54,971 nucleotides of DNA, taken from positions 1 through 54,971 of the forward strand of contig DASVWA010000104.1 in the NCBI GenBank assembly GCA_036389855.1, read 5' to 3'. This DNA comes from Pseudonocardiaceae bacterium. GTDB taxonomy: Bacteria > Actinomycetota > Actinomycetes > Mycobacteriales > Pseudonocardiaceae. The translations under genes and the position numbers were made by a program. Below are positions 47,025 through 54,971 of this stretch, in pieces; the first letter of the stretch is position 1; every line of letters starts with the position of its first letter. The notes below the pieces were generated by a model. It did no database searches and was not told where the DNA came from. It was given only the letters and a program-made list of their open reading frames with translations.

Positions 47025-48434
47025 CTAAGCCATCAGCGCAACCGGGATGATCACGAACTGTCGCAGGTACAGGTCAGCAAAGGTGACGGGTCCGCGGGGT
47101 CCGGGCACCCGATCGACGTTGATTCCGGTCTCGGGAACTCGTCGTAGCTTGAACCCGTCAAGCAAGCGGGTGCTGGCGTTCCAGAACACCCCGGTGCCCT
47201 CATAGCTGTCTATGAACTCGTGCGCCGCGGCCTCGTCGCCGGTGACGATGGTGGCGGCCAGTCCGGAGGTCGCCTGGTTCGCGACCTGAGCTGCCTGCGC
47301 TGGACCGGCGACCCGGCTGACGGTCAGTGTTGCCTCCCGGCCGGTGTCCAACGCCCACTCATGCCCCAACGGGTGGTCATGCGGCGGCAGCGACAACGCG
47401 ATCCCGCGCTGTCGGGCGGTCGCCAGCAGCGCCTCATGTAACTCGTCGGGGGCACCATCGGCCACCAGCATCAGGTTCACCCGGTTGCAGACACCCAGCC
47501 GGTCCAGCCCAGCAACGAGCAGCTCGACGGCCAGCACGGGGTCAGCCGCGGCATCGACGTAGAGCACCCCGCCACCATCGGCATGGGCCAAGACTCGCAC
47601 CCCGTGACGAGCCCCCTCGGCGGCCAGCTTTCGGGTGGTGTCTCCGCTACCCCGCACGATGACCAATGGGATCAGCTCAGGGCGCTGCACCAGGGCCAAG
47701 GCACAGTCCCGGCGTGGGTCGGGCACCAGTTGCACGGCGCCAGGGTCTAACCCCGCGTCGGCCAGCGCGGGCGCGATGACGTGTTCGCACAGCGCCAGCG
47801 CCGAGCGCAGTGCCGCCGATCCGGTGCGCAGCACCCCGGCGTTGCGGGACTTCACCAGTTGGGAGGCGACATCGACGGTGACATTGGGCCGGGCCTCGAA
47901 GGTGGCGCCCACCACGCCCACCGGGCGGCGACGCTCGATCAGTCGCAAACCGTCTGGACGATCTTCCAACACCCGATCCCGCGACGGGAACGGAACCTGC
48001 GCGAGCAACGCGAGCTGGCCGGCCATCTCGGTCAACCGCGCCTCGCCCAACCGCAGCCGGTCGATCAGCGCCTGGGTCATCCCCGATTGCTGCGCTGCGG
48101 TGATATCGGCGGCGTTGGCGGCAAGTACCTCGGCGGCGGAATCGGTCAGCCGGTGTGCCATGACGTGCAGTGCGGTGTTGATCGCATCGTCGGGGGCGGT
48201 AGCCAGGGTGGGAGCGGCGCGCTGCGCCTGCCGGGCGCAACCGGCCACGACCTCGGCCCCGGACTCCGTGGGAGTCCCCGTGGCCGCCTCGGGGTTCGTT
48301 CGCAGCTGCACGGCATCCAGCCTACGTGGCACCCCCTCCCCCGCGTGTCGCGTTCCCGTGCCCGGTGTGTCGACGCACCTGGCACCACCGTGGTGAGCAC
48401 GGCAGCCGGACACCCGGACACGGGAGCCCGACAC
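47025..48434 (-). CDS. proA: Glutamate-5-semialdehyde dehydrogenase (gamma-glutamyl phosphate reductase)
   Basis: ANAADI...DRLRL...VGVVGATFEARPNVTVD...VIVRGSG...CNRVNLMLV...STRLLDG. The coordinates are the maximal ORF. The true start is probably an internal GTG at about 48332 or 48311. Confidence 0.9.
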   Translation of the reverse strand: MSGSRVRVSGCRAHHGGARCVDTPGTGTRHAGEGVPRRLDAVQLRTNPEAATGTPTESGAEVVAGCARQAQRAAPTLATAPDDAINTALHVMAHRLTDSAAEVLAANAADITAAQQSGMTQALIDRLRLGEARLTEMAGQLALLAQVPFPSRDRVLEDRPDGLRLIERRRPVGVVGATFEARPNVTVDVASQLVKSRNAGVLRTGSAALRSALALCEHVIAPALADAGLDPGAVQLVPDPRRDCALALVQRPELIPLVIVRGSGDTTRKLAAEGARHGVRVLAHADGGGVLYVDAAADPVLAVELLVAGLDRLGVCNRVNLMLVADGAPDELHEALLATARQRGIALSLPPHDHPLGHEWALDTGREATLTVSRVAGPAQAAQVANQATSGLAATIVTGDEAAAHEFIDSYEGTGVFWNASTRLLDGFKLRRVPETGINVDRVPGPRGPVTFADLYLRQFVIIPVALMA

Positions 48435-48448
48435 GCGGGGGTAGGGGT

Positions 48449-49549
48449 TTACACGGGGACCAGGTCATCGGCGTGTACGACCTCGCGGCGCAGCTCGGGA
48501 GGCAGGTCGCGGGTGGAACGGCCGATCAGCTCAGGCAACTCAGCGGCGTCGAATCCGACCATCCCCCGGGCCACCACCACGTTGTGTCGGTCAATCAGCT
48601 CCACCACGTCGCCAGCCTCGAAGTCTCCCTCGACGCCGATGATGCCGGCGGCAAGCAGCGAACGGCGGCGGTGCACCACCGCGTTCACCGCCCCGTCGTC
48701 GAGCCGCAGTCGGCCGGCTGCACCCGCGGCGTGGCGTAGCCAGAATCGGCGCGCGGACAGCCGCGCCCCGCTCGGCGCGAAGGCGGTACCGACATCAGCC
48801 GGACCCAATGCCCGCTCCACCTGCGCAGCAGCGGCCAGCAGCACCGGGACTCCGGCTCGTGAAGCCAGCGTCGCGGCGTCGAGCTTGGAGGCCATCCCCC
48901 CGGTGCCCAGCACACCACCGTCGCCAACGCGCACGCCGCGCACATCCGAAGGGCCGAGCACCTCGGTAATCAGCCGCGCCGCGCCGCGTCGCGGATCACC
49001 GTCGTAGAGCCCGCCGACGTCCGAGAGCAACACCAATGCGTCGGCACCGATCAGGTGCGCCACCAGGGCGGCCAGCCGGTCGTTGTCGCCGAACCTGATC
49101 TCGTCGGTGACTACCGTGTCGTTCTCGTTGACCACCGGCATCACACCGAGCCCGCGCAGCCGGGCGAAGGTGCGCTGGGCGTTGCGGTAGTGCGCGCGGC
49201 GGACCATGTCGTCGGAGGTCAACAGCACCTGCCCCACGGTTCGGCCATACCGTGCCCACGACTCGGCGTAGGCGTGTGCCAACGCCAGCTGACCGACGCT
49301 GGCGGCGGCCTGTTGAGTGGCCAGATCGCGGGGCCGGCGGCGCAGCCCCAGCGGGGCCAACCCGGCAGCGATGGCGCCCGAGGACACCAGCACGAGGTGG
49401 GTGCCGGCCGCGACCCGAGCAGCGAGCGCGTCGACCAGTGTGTCCAGCCTCGCCCGGTCCAGCCCGCCGGCTGCCGTGGTGAGCGAGGAGGAGCCAACCT
49501 TGACCACAAGGTGCCGCGCCTGCGCCACAGCGTGCCGGGTCAGGCTCAA
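48449..49549 (-). CDS. proB: Glutamate 5-kinase (with PUA domain)
   Basis: [11 protein letters not shown]...VSSGAIAAG...PVVNENDTV...[12 protein letters not shown]...GTGGMASKL and a C-terminal PUA domain. Confidence 0.95.
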   Translation of the reverse strand: MSLTRHAVAQARHLVVKVGSSSLTTAAGGLDRARLDTLVDALAARVAAGTHLVLVSSGAIAAGLAPLGLRRRPRDLATQQAAASVGQLALAHAYAESWARYGRTVGQVLLTSDDMVRRAHYRNAQRTFARLRGLGVMPVVNENDTVVTDEIRFGDNDRLAALVAHLIGADALVLLSDVGGLYDGDPRRGAARLITEVLGPSDVRGVRVGDGGVLGTGGMASKLDAATLASRAGVPVLLAAAAQVERALGPADVGTAFAPSGARLSARRFWLRHAAGAAGRLRLDDGAVNAVVHRRRSLLAAGIIGVEGDFEAGDVVELIDRHNVVVARGMVGFDAAELPELIGRSTRDLPPELRREVVHADDLVPV

Positions 49550-51048
49550 TCGTGCCCCACGTCCGCGCTGTATTGCCCAGAGTCCTTGGGCTGGCCAGAG
49601 TCCTCAGGCTCACCAGAGCTGGCAGTGGATCCGCGCCGAATCCGTCGAGCGGCCTTGCGCTGGGCGGCGCTGATGCGCTCGTCGTCGTCCAAGCGCCAGT
49701 CCGTTCCCCGCCCCCCTAGCCGAACCGCGGCCGCTCCGGCCGGTGTGGAGGGCTCCCACTCGAACGTGACGTCACCGATGGTGACCGGGCATCCGGCGCG
49801 GGCGCCAGCGGTTGCCAGGGCATCCTCGACACCGAGCCGGGCCAGGCGATCGGCCAGGTAACCGACGGCCTCGGCGTTGTCGAAGTTGGTCTGGCGCACC
49901 CAGCGCTGCGGCCGGATGCCACGGACGATGAACCCGTCAGGTCGATCCGGATCCGCCACGACCTCGAAACCGGATTCGCCGACGGCCGAGGGGCGCAGCA
50001 CCACCCGGGTGGGTTCCAGCGGCGGTTGGACGGATCGGTGCTGGCGCACCGCCGCTCCGAGGGCGAAGGTGAGCTCCCGCAGGCCCTCGGTGGTCACCGT
50101 GGAAACCGAGTACACCGGCAGGCCACGGGCTGTGAGCTCGGGACTCACCATCTCAGCCAGCTCCCGGGCGTCCGGTACGTCTATCTTGTTGAGCACCACC
50201 AGTCGGGGGCGGGACGCCAGTTCGCCACCCAGTGACGGGGTGTACGCGGCGAGCTCACGCTCCAGGGCATCAACATCGGACAGTGGATCGCGCCCGGGCT
50301 CGACAGTCGCGCAGTCCACGACGTGCACCAGCACCGCGCAGCGTTCGATGTGCCGCAGGAACTCCAGCCCCAGCCCCTTGCCCTGGCTGGCGCCGGGAAT
50401 CAGACCTGGGACGTCGGCGACGGTGAACACGGTGTCTCCCGCGGTGACCACGCCGAGATTGGGCACCAGCGTGGTGAACGGGTAATCGGCGATCTTGGGA
50501 CGAGCCGCTGAAAGCACCGAAACCAGGGAGGACTTGCCCGCTGAGGGGAACCCGATGAGCCCGACATCGGCGACCGACTTCAGTTCCAGCACCAGGTCTC
50601 GAGTCTCGCCTGGCTCACCGAGTAGGGCGAAACCCGGCGCCTTGCGCGCCTTGGAGGCCAGCGCCGCGTTGCCCAGCCCGCCGGATCCGCCTGCTGCAGC
50701 GATGAAACGGGTTCCAGCGCCCACCAAGTCGACCAGCACCTCGCCCTGGGAATCGATCACCACCGTGCCGTCCGGCACCCGCAGGATGAGGTCCTCGCCC
50801 ACCGCGCCGTTTCGGTTGCCGCCCTGTCCCTGCTTGCCACTTGAGGCCCTCGCGTGGGAGCGGTAGTGGAAGTCGAGCAGCGTGTGCACCCCGGGATCCA
50901 CCATCAGCACCACATCGCCGCCGCGCCCACCGTTGCCGCCATCCGGGCCACCCAACGGCTTGAATTTCTCCCGGTGCACCGAGGCGCAGCCATGACCGCC
51001 GTCACCCGCGGCGACGTGAATCACCGCACGGTCCACGAAGCGCGACAC
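49546..51048 (-). CDS. obg: GTPase Obg/CgtA
   Basis: [46 protein letters not shown] domain [10 protein letters not shown] / DVPGLI / NKID, and a C-terminal Obg_CT-like domain with an acidic tail. A GTG at 51048 follows GGAGGAG. Confidence 0.95.
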   Translation of the reverse strand: MSRFVDRAVIHVAAGDGGHGCASVHREKFKPLGGPDGGNGGRGGDVVLMVDPGVHTLLDFHYRSHARASSGKQGQGGNRNGAVGEDLILRVPDGTVVIDSQGEVLVDLVGAGTRFIAAAGGSGGLGNAALASKARKAPGFALLGEPGETRDLVLELKSVADVGLIGFPSAGKSSLVSVLSAARPKIADYPFTTLVPNLGVVTAGDTVFTVADVPGLIPGASQGKGLGLEFLRHIERCAVLVHVVDCATVEPGRDPLSDVDALERELAAYTPSLGGELASRPRLVVLNKIDVPDARELAEMVSPELTARGLPVYSVSTVTTEGLRELTFALGAAVRQHRSVQPPLEPTRVVLRPSAVGESGFEVVADPDRPDGFIVRGIRPQRWVRQTNFDNAEAVGYLADRLARLGVEDALATAGARAGCPVTIGDVTFEWEPSTPAGAAAVRLGGRGTDWRLDDDERISAAQRKAARRIRRGSTASSGEPEDSGQPKDSGQYSADVGHD

Positions 51049-51087
51049 CTCTGCTCCTCCTTCGACCTCACTCGATACTGCAACGCG

Positions 51088-51128
51088 ACGAGGGGCGGGC
51101 CGGTCGTCTTCGCCGGTCCGCCCCTCGT
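51088..51128 (-). terminator. 16-bp stem (1 mismatch) hairpin between rpmA and obg
   Basis: ACGAGGGGCGGGCCGG-TCGTCTTCG-CCGGTCCGCCCCTCGT. It lies 27 nt after the rpmA stop and 40 nt before the obg start. Confidence 0.45.
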
Positions 51129-51154
51129 GGGGTTGCGCGCTGTGTGGCCCGGGC

Positions 51155-51412
51155 TCAGGCCTCGGCCGGGACGATGCTGACCATCTTGCGCCCACGCTTG
51201 GTGCGGAACTGCACCGTTCCCGCCGCGAGTGCGAACAGTGTGTCGTCACCGCCGCGGCCGACGTCCACGCCAGGGTGAAATTTGGTGCCGCGCTGACGGA
51301 TGAGGATCTCCCCTGCGTTCACCAGCTGGCCACCGAACCGCTTCACTCCGAGCCGCTGGGCGTTGGAGTCACGACCGTTCCGGGAGCTGGAAGCGCCCTT
51401 CTTGTGTGCCAT
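51155..51412 (-). CDS. rpmA: 50S ribosomal protein L27
   Basis: [48 protein letters not shown]. Confidence 0.97.
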   Translation of the reverse strand: MAHKKGASSSRNGRDSNAQRLGVKRFGGQLVNAGEILIRQRGTKFHPGVDVGRGGDDTLFALAAGTVQFRTKRGRKMVSIVPAEA

Positions 51413-51429
51413 CGGTACTCACAACCTCC

Positions 51430-51494
51430 CAAGGTCCCTGTTGCCTCAAGGTCACTGCTGTTCAAGGTCACTGCTGTTCAAGGTCACTGTTGCT
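51430..51494. repeat. Four tandem copies of a 16-17-nt unit filling the rplU-rpmA intergenic spacer
   Basis: CAAGGTCCCTGTTGCCT / CAAGGTCACTGCTGTT / CAAGGTCACTGCTGTT / CAAGGTCACTGTTGCT. The array abuts the rplU stop codon at 51495-51497. Confidence 0.85.
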
Positions 51495-51803
51495 TCAGCG
51501 GGAAATGCCGGTGACCTCGACGCGGGTCAGATGCTGGCGGTGACCCTGGCGCTTGTGGTAGCCGGTCTTGTTCTTGAACTTGTGGATCCGAATCTTGGGT
51601 CCCTTCGCCTGCGCGACGACCTTGCCACTGACTAAGACCGCGCCAAGCGCAGCGGCGTCAGTGGTCACCTCGGAGCCGTCCACGAGTAGCACGGCGGGAA
51701 AGTTGACCTCGGTCCCGGGCTCGCCCTCGAGCTTTTCCACCTCGACGACGTCCCCGACGGCCACTTTGTACTGCTTGCCGCCAGTCTTTACGATCGCGTA
51801 CAT
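51495..51803 (-). CDS. rplU: 50S ribosomal protein L21
   Basis: [25 protein letters not shown]...[20 protein letters not shown]. Confidence 0.97.
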   Translation of the reverse strand: MYAIVKTGGKQYKVAVGDVVEVEKLEGEPGTEVNFPAVLLVDGSEVTTDAAALGAVLVSGKVVAQAKGPKIRIHKFKNKTGYHKRQGHRQHLTRVEVTGISR

Positions 51804-51912
51804 CGGGTGGGAACTCCTGCTGTTCGACTGATTGGACGAGAATTAACTGAAGCTGTGCCGGCTGACGCCGGTGCATGACAAACGCTGGTGCATGACAAGC
51901 GAACAGACCTAA

Positions 51913-51931
51913 GCCCGCCGATCAGGCGGGC
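51913..51931 (-). terminator. Hairpin downstream of rne
   Basis: The minus strand reads GCCCGCC-TGATC-GGCGGGC followed by TTAGGTCTGTT. It lies 36 nt after the rne stop. Confidence 0.5.
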
Positions 51932-51966
51932 CGCACAACGAGGGTACGGCCCACCATCTGGCACGG

Positions 51967-54600
51967 TCAAACCGGGGTGCTCACCTCACGCGCATTATCG
52001 CGAAGCGCAGGGACGGCCGAGTCGACACCCTCCGGAAGCTCTGGAGCGGGTGGTCCGGCAGGGCGCGATGCCGCGCGGCGGCGGCGCGTCACAGTCCGCG
52101 TCGCTGGCTGCGCAGGTCTGGCCGGGGCTTCGGTCGCTGCAGGAGCCGCCACCGGGCTGGTCTCGGCGGCAGCCCCCGACGTAACCACCGAGGTGGCGCC
52201 CGAAACCGGTTCTGACGAATCCTGCGGACCCGGCAGCGGCGCGATCTCAGCAGCGGGCACGGCCTCGGTACTCGGCATTTCCAATGTCCCCTGCTCGGAT
52301 GGTCCCTGCTCCGACGTCTCCTGCTCCGACGTCACGGGATCGCCACCCGTGCCACGTCCACGGGACCGCGCGCGACGGCCGTTGCCGCCACCGGCGTCTT
52401 TGGCGCCCGACGGGGCAGCGGCCGGCTGGCTCTCGACGGTCACCGGGTCGGCGGACACCAGCACGCCGCGGCCCTTGCACACCTCACAAGTGCTGGAATA
52501 CGCCTCCAGCAATCCGGTGCCGACCTTCTTTCTGGTCATCTGGACCAGACCCAGCGTGGTGACCTCGGCCACCTGGTGACGGGTGCGATCCCGGCCCAGG
52601 CATTCGGTCAGTCGACGTAGCACGAGATCCCGGTTCGATTCGAGCACCATGTCGATGAAGTCGATCACGATGATGCCGCCGATGTCGCGCAGCCTGAGCT
52701 GGCGGATGATCTCCTCGGCGGCTTCGAGGTTGTTGCGGGTAACGGTCTCCTCAAGGTTGCCGCCCGAGCCGGTGAACTTGCCGGTGTTGACATCGATCAC
52801 CGTCATCGCCTCAGTTCGGTCGATGATCAGGTAACCGCCGGAGGGTAGCCACACCTTGCGGTCCAGCGCCTTGGTGATCTGCTCGTCGATCCGGAACTCA
52901 GCGAACACGTCGCCGGTACCGGTATGCCGGCGCACCCGGGTCATCAAGTCCGGGGCCACATGTTTGACGTAGCCTTCAACGGTCTGCCACGCGTCGTCGC
53001 CCTGGACGACCAGTTCGCGGAAGTCCTCGGTGAACAGGTCCCGGACGACCTTCACCAACAGGTCGGGCTCCTCGTACAGCAACTCCGGTGCTTTGACCTT
53101 GCTCCCGGAGCTGCCTGAAGTGCTGTCGGAGACACCGGAACGGTTCTGGATGACCTCCCACTGAGCCTGCAACCGGCGGACGTCGCGAGCCAATTCCTCC
53201 TCGCTGACGCCTTCCGAGGCGGTGCGGATGATCACGCCCGCGTCCTCCGGCACGATCCGCTTGAGCACCTCCTTGAGGCGCTTGCGCTCGGTATCGGGCA
53301 ACTTGCGGCTGATGCCGGTAGCTCGACCACCCGGGACGTACACCAGAAAGCGGCCAGGCAGGCTGATCTGGGTGGTCAGCCGGGCGCCCTTATGCCCCAC
53401 CGGGTCCTTCGTCACCTGCACGAGAACACTGTCGCCGCTGGACAGGGCTTGTTCGATGCGGCGCGCCTTGCCCTCGAGCCCGGCGGCGTCCCAATCCACC
53501 TCGCCGGCGTAGAGCACCGCATTGCGGCCCCGTCCGATGTCCACGAACGCGGCCTCCATCGAGGGCAGCACGTTCTGCACCTTGCCGAGATAGACGTTGC
53601 CGACGAGTGAGCCAGAGCCTGACGCGGTGACGAAGTGCTCCACGAGGATGTCATCCTCAAGCACCCCGATCTCGGTGCGCTCATGGTTCTCGCGCACGAT
53701 CATGGTGCGCGCGACAGCCTCACGCCTAGTGAGGAACTCCGATTCGGACAGGATCGGAGCGCGCCGCCGGCCGGCTTCGCGGCCGTCCCGTCGACGTTGC
53801 CTCTTGGCCTCCAGACGAGTGGAGCCGCGGATGGCCTGCACCTCGTCCTCGGCCGGCCGATCCGTGATCTCCCGGACATGAACGACGGTGTCTGGAGGGT
53901 CGTCCTCACGCGTGTCGAGTTCATCGTCAGCAACGTCTCGACGACGTCTGCGGCGACGACGACGCCTGACCTCCCCCTCGGCAGGCTCCTCAACCGCGCG
54001 ATCATCGGGCTGCTGATCGGAGGATTCGGCGCCGTCTTGGTCACCGTTGTCGTCTTGCTCGACCGAGCCGTCCTCGGTGTCCTCACCGGTCTTGCCCCGA
54101 CCACGACCGCGCCGGCCACGCCGGCGACGGCGCCGGCTGGCCCCGTCGGGCTCCGCCTCGCCTTCCTGGTCCTCATCCTCCTCGTCGTCGGGTTCCTCGA
54201 CGACCGCCGGCGTCGACACCGGCGGCAGGAACACCGGTGCTGCTGCGTTGAACACCGGCGCCAGTGACACGCCAGGTGTGTCGCGGTCGTCGACCTCCTC
54301 GGTCTGGAGGTCAAACTGCTCGGTCTCCACCGCGTCGGATGCGGGATCCGGTAGCAGCACCTCAATCGCCCGCAACGCTGTCTCGCGGTCGATGCTTGAC
54401 TGCGCGCTGCGGATCGCGATGCCGAGCTCGGTCAGCGCAGCCATGACTTCCTTGCTGCTCACCGAGAGCAGCTTCGCCAGGGCGTGCACGCGCACCCTGT
54501 CCGGCAGGGAAGCAGCAAGCGCCGCCCCGGCGGGGGCGGTGGTCATGGATGTGCCCGTTGGCCCGCCGATGCTTCCGGCGGGCGTTGTCCTGTTCGCCAT
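51967..54600 (-). CDS. rne: Ribonuclease E/G family endoribonuclease (actinobacterial RNase E with long disordered Arg/acidic flanks)
   Basis: S1 domain GNVYLGKVQNVLPSMEAAFVDIGRGRNAVLYAGEV, catalytic core IDRTEAMTVIDVNTGKF, zinc-link CEVCKGRG, and R-rich/E-D-rich low-complexity segments. Confidence 0.93.
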   Translation of the reverse strand: MANRTTPAGSIGGPTGTSMTTAPAGAALAASLPDRVRVHALAKLLSVSSKEVMAALTELGIAIRSAQSSIDRETALRAIEVLLPDPASDAVETEQFDLQTEEVDDRDTPGVSLAPVFNAAAPVFLPPVSTPAVVEEPDDEEDEDQEGEAEPDGASRRRRRRGRRGRGRGKTGEDTEDGSVEQDDNGDQDGAESSDQQPDDRAVEEPAEGEVRRRRRRRRRRDVADDELDTREDDPPDTVVHVREITDRPAEDEVQAIRGSTRLEAKRQRRRDGREAGRRRAPILSESEFLTRREAVARTMIVRENHERTEIGVLEDDILVEHFVTASGSGSLVGNVYLGKVQNVLPSMEAAFVDIGRGRNAVLYAGEVDWDAAGLEGKARRIEQALSSGDSVLVQVTKDPVGHKGARLTTQISLPGRFLVYVPGGRATGISRKLPDTERKRLKEVLKRIVPEDAGVIIRTASEGVSEEELARDVRRLQAQWEVIQNRSGVSDSTSGSSGSKVKAPELLYEEPDLLVKVVRDLFTEDFRELVVQGDDAWQTVEGYVKHVAPDLMTRVRRHTGTGDVFAEFRIDEQITKALDRKVWLPSGGYLIIDRTEAMTVIDVNTGKFTGSGGNLEETVTRNNLEAAEEIIRQLRLRDIGGIIVIDFIDMVLESNRDLVLRRLTECLGRDRTRHQVAEVTTLGLVQMTRKKVGTGLLEAYSSTCEVCKGRGVLVSADPVTVESQPAAAPSGAKDAGGGNGRRARSRGRGTGGDPVTSEQETSEQGPSEQGTLEMPSTEAVPAAEIAPLPGPQDSSEPVSGATSVVTSGAAAETSPVAAPAATEAPARPAQPATRTVTRRRRAASRPAGPPAPELPEGVDSAVPALRDNAREVSTPV

Positions 54601-54731
54601 TCAACTCCTCCAGCCCCCGGGCGCGTCCCGTATGTCGGGACGCGGCCGCGCAGGGGCCCTATGCGTTATCCGCCGCCAAGCCCGGCGACGGCAATCCTGT
54701 GTTCCACCGGCAGCTCCGCGGTTCGGAACGG

Positions 54732-54971
54732 TCAACCGGCATGTCCTGCGACATCGTGCTGATCTGACCCGCCGTCGTCCCCCACCACCGCCGTCCGGGC
54801 GTATGCCCGATCCGCGGCGAGCGGGTCGACAAGATCCCCGTAGTCGTCGAGCCGACCTTGCGCCATCCGGATCGCTTTCGCGGGCACCGGCGGTGCAAGA
54901 CCGGCGACGACGCCGAGCGCACTCAGCACATCGTCGGATCGAACCGCAGGGTTAACCTGCCGTACGACCGC
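54732..54971 (-). CDS. 3-prime end of an unidentified gene entering from the right edge
   Basis: An open frame runs from the window edge: AVVRQVNPAVRSDDVLSALGVVAGLAPPVPAKAIRMAQGRLDDYGDLVDPL.... The codon bias is only moderate and no family was recognised. Confidence 0.25.
   Translation of the reverse strand, partial: AVVRQVNPAVRSDDVLSALGVVAGLAPPVPAKAIRMAQGRLDDYGDLVDPLAADRAYARTAVVGDDGGSDQHDVAGHAG

Noticed and set aside
54047-54955. 302-aa plus-strand ORF at the right end
   Set aside because: It is antisense to the N-terminal low-complexity region of rne. It is Ser/Arg/Pro-rich with no domain.
54935-54965. GGTTCGATCC T-loop-like sequence on the minus strand, considered as a possible tRNA
   Set aside because: The flanks do not form a T stem (at most 3 bp) and no acceptor or anticodon arm can be drawn. 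It lies inside an open reading frame.

Overview
High-GC (roughly 68-70%) actinobacterial chromosome segment. Nearly all of it is conserved housekeeping synteny on the minus strand: dnaG, dgt, glyQS, arsR-zur, uppS, recO, era, ybeY, phoH, rsmE, dnaJ, hrcA, hemW, lepA, rpsT, holA, comEC/comEA, degV, rsfS, nadD, moaA, proA/proB, obg, rpmA, rplU, rne. No rRNA, CRISPR array or intact mobile element was seen. There is one tRNA, tRNA-Asn(GTT). Two riboswitches can be read directly: a cobalamin riboswitch upstream of cbtB-cbtA, and a SAM-I riboswitch upstream of a ThrC-like PLP enzyme. The non-routine items are listed here. (1) A 679-aa membrane-anchored protein built from about 7 tandem 53-aa (159-bp) beta-helix-like repeats, sitting alone between nadD and moaA. 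(2) An ECF41-type sigma factor whose signature promoter, TGTCACG-N16-CGTC, lies in front of a nearby carboxymuconolactone-decarboxylase gene. (3) A SAM-riboswitch-gated ThrC homologue, a possible MetM-like homocysteine synthase. (4) A secreted RNase Sa-like / barstar pair translationally coupled to a small membrane protein. (5) A 2.3-kb decayed, compositionally foreign insertion splitting the normally adjacent nadD-rsfS pair. It carries two gene remnants and a chimeric secreted LAS-type hydrolase whose C-terminal domain is about 46% GC. (6) Several unusual non-coding structures: long perfect hairpins at gene ends, a highly structured 318-bp leader before phoH, a 16-nt x4 tandem repeat between rplU and rpmA, and 17-nt direct repeats before cynS. 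All calls rest on reading the supplied translations and the DNA by eye. No database search was run, and start codons are frequently uncertain because the ORF track gives maximal ORFs.
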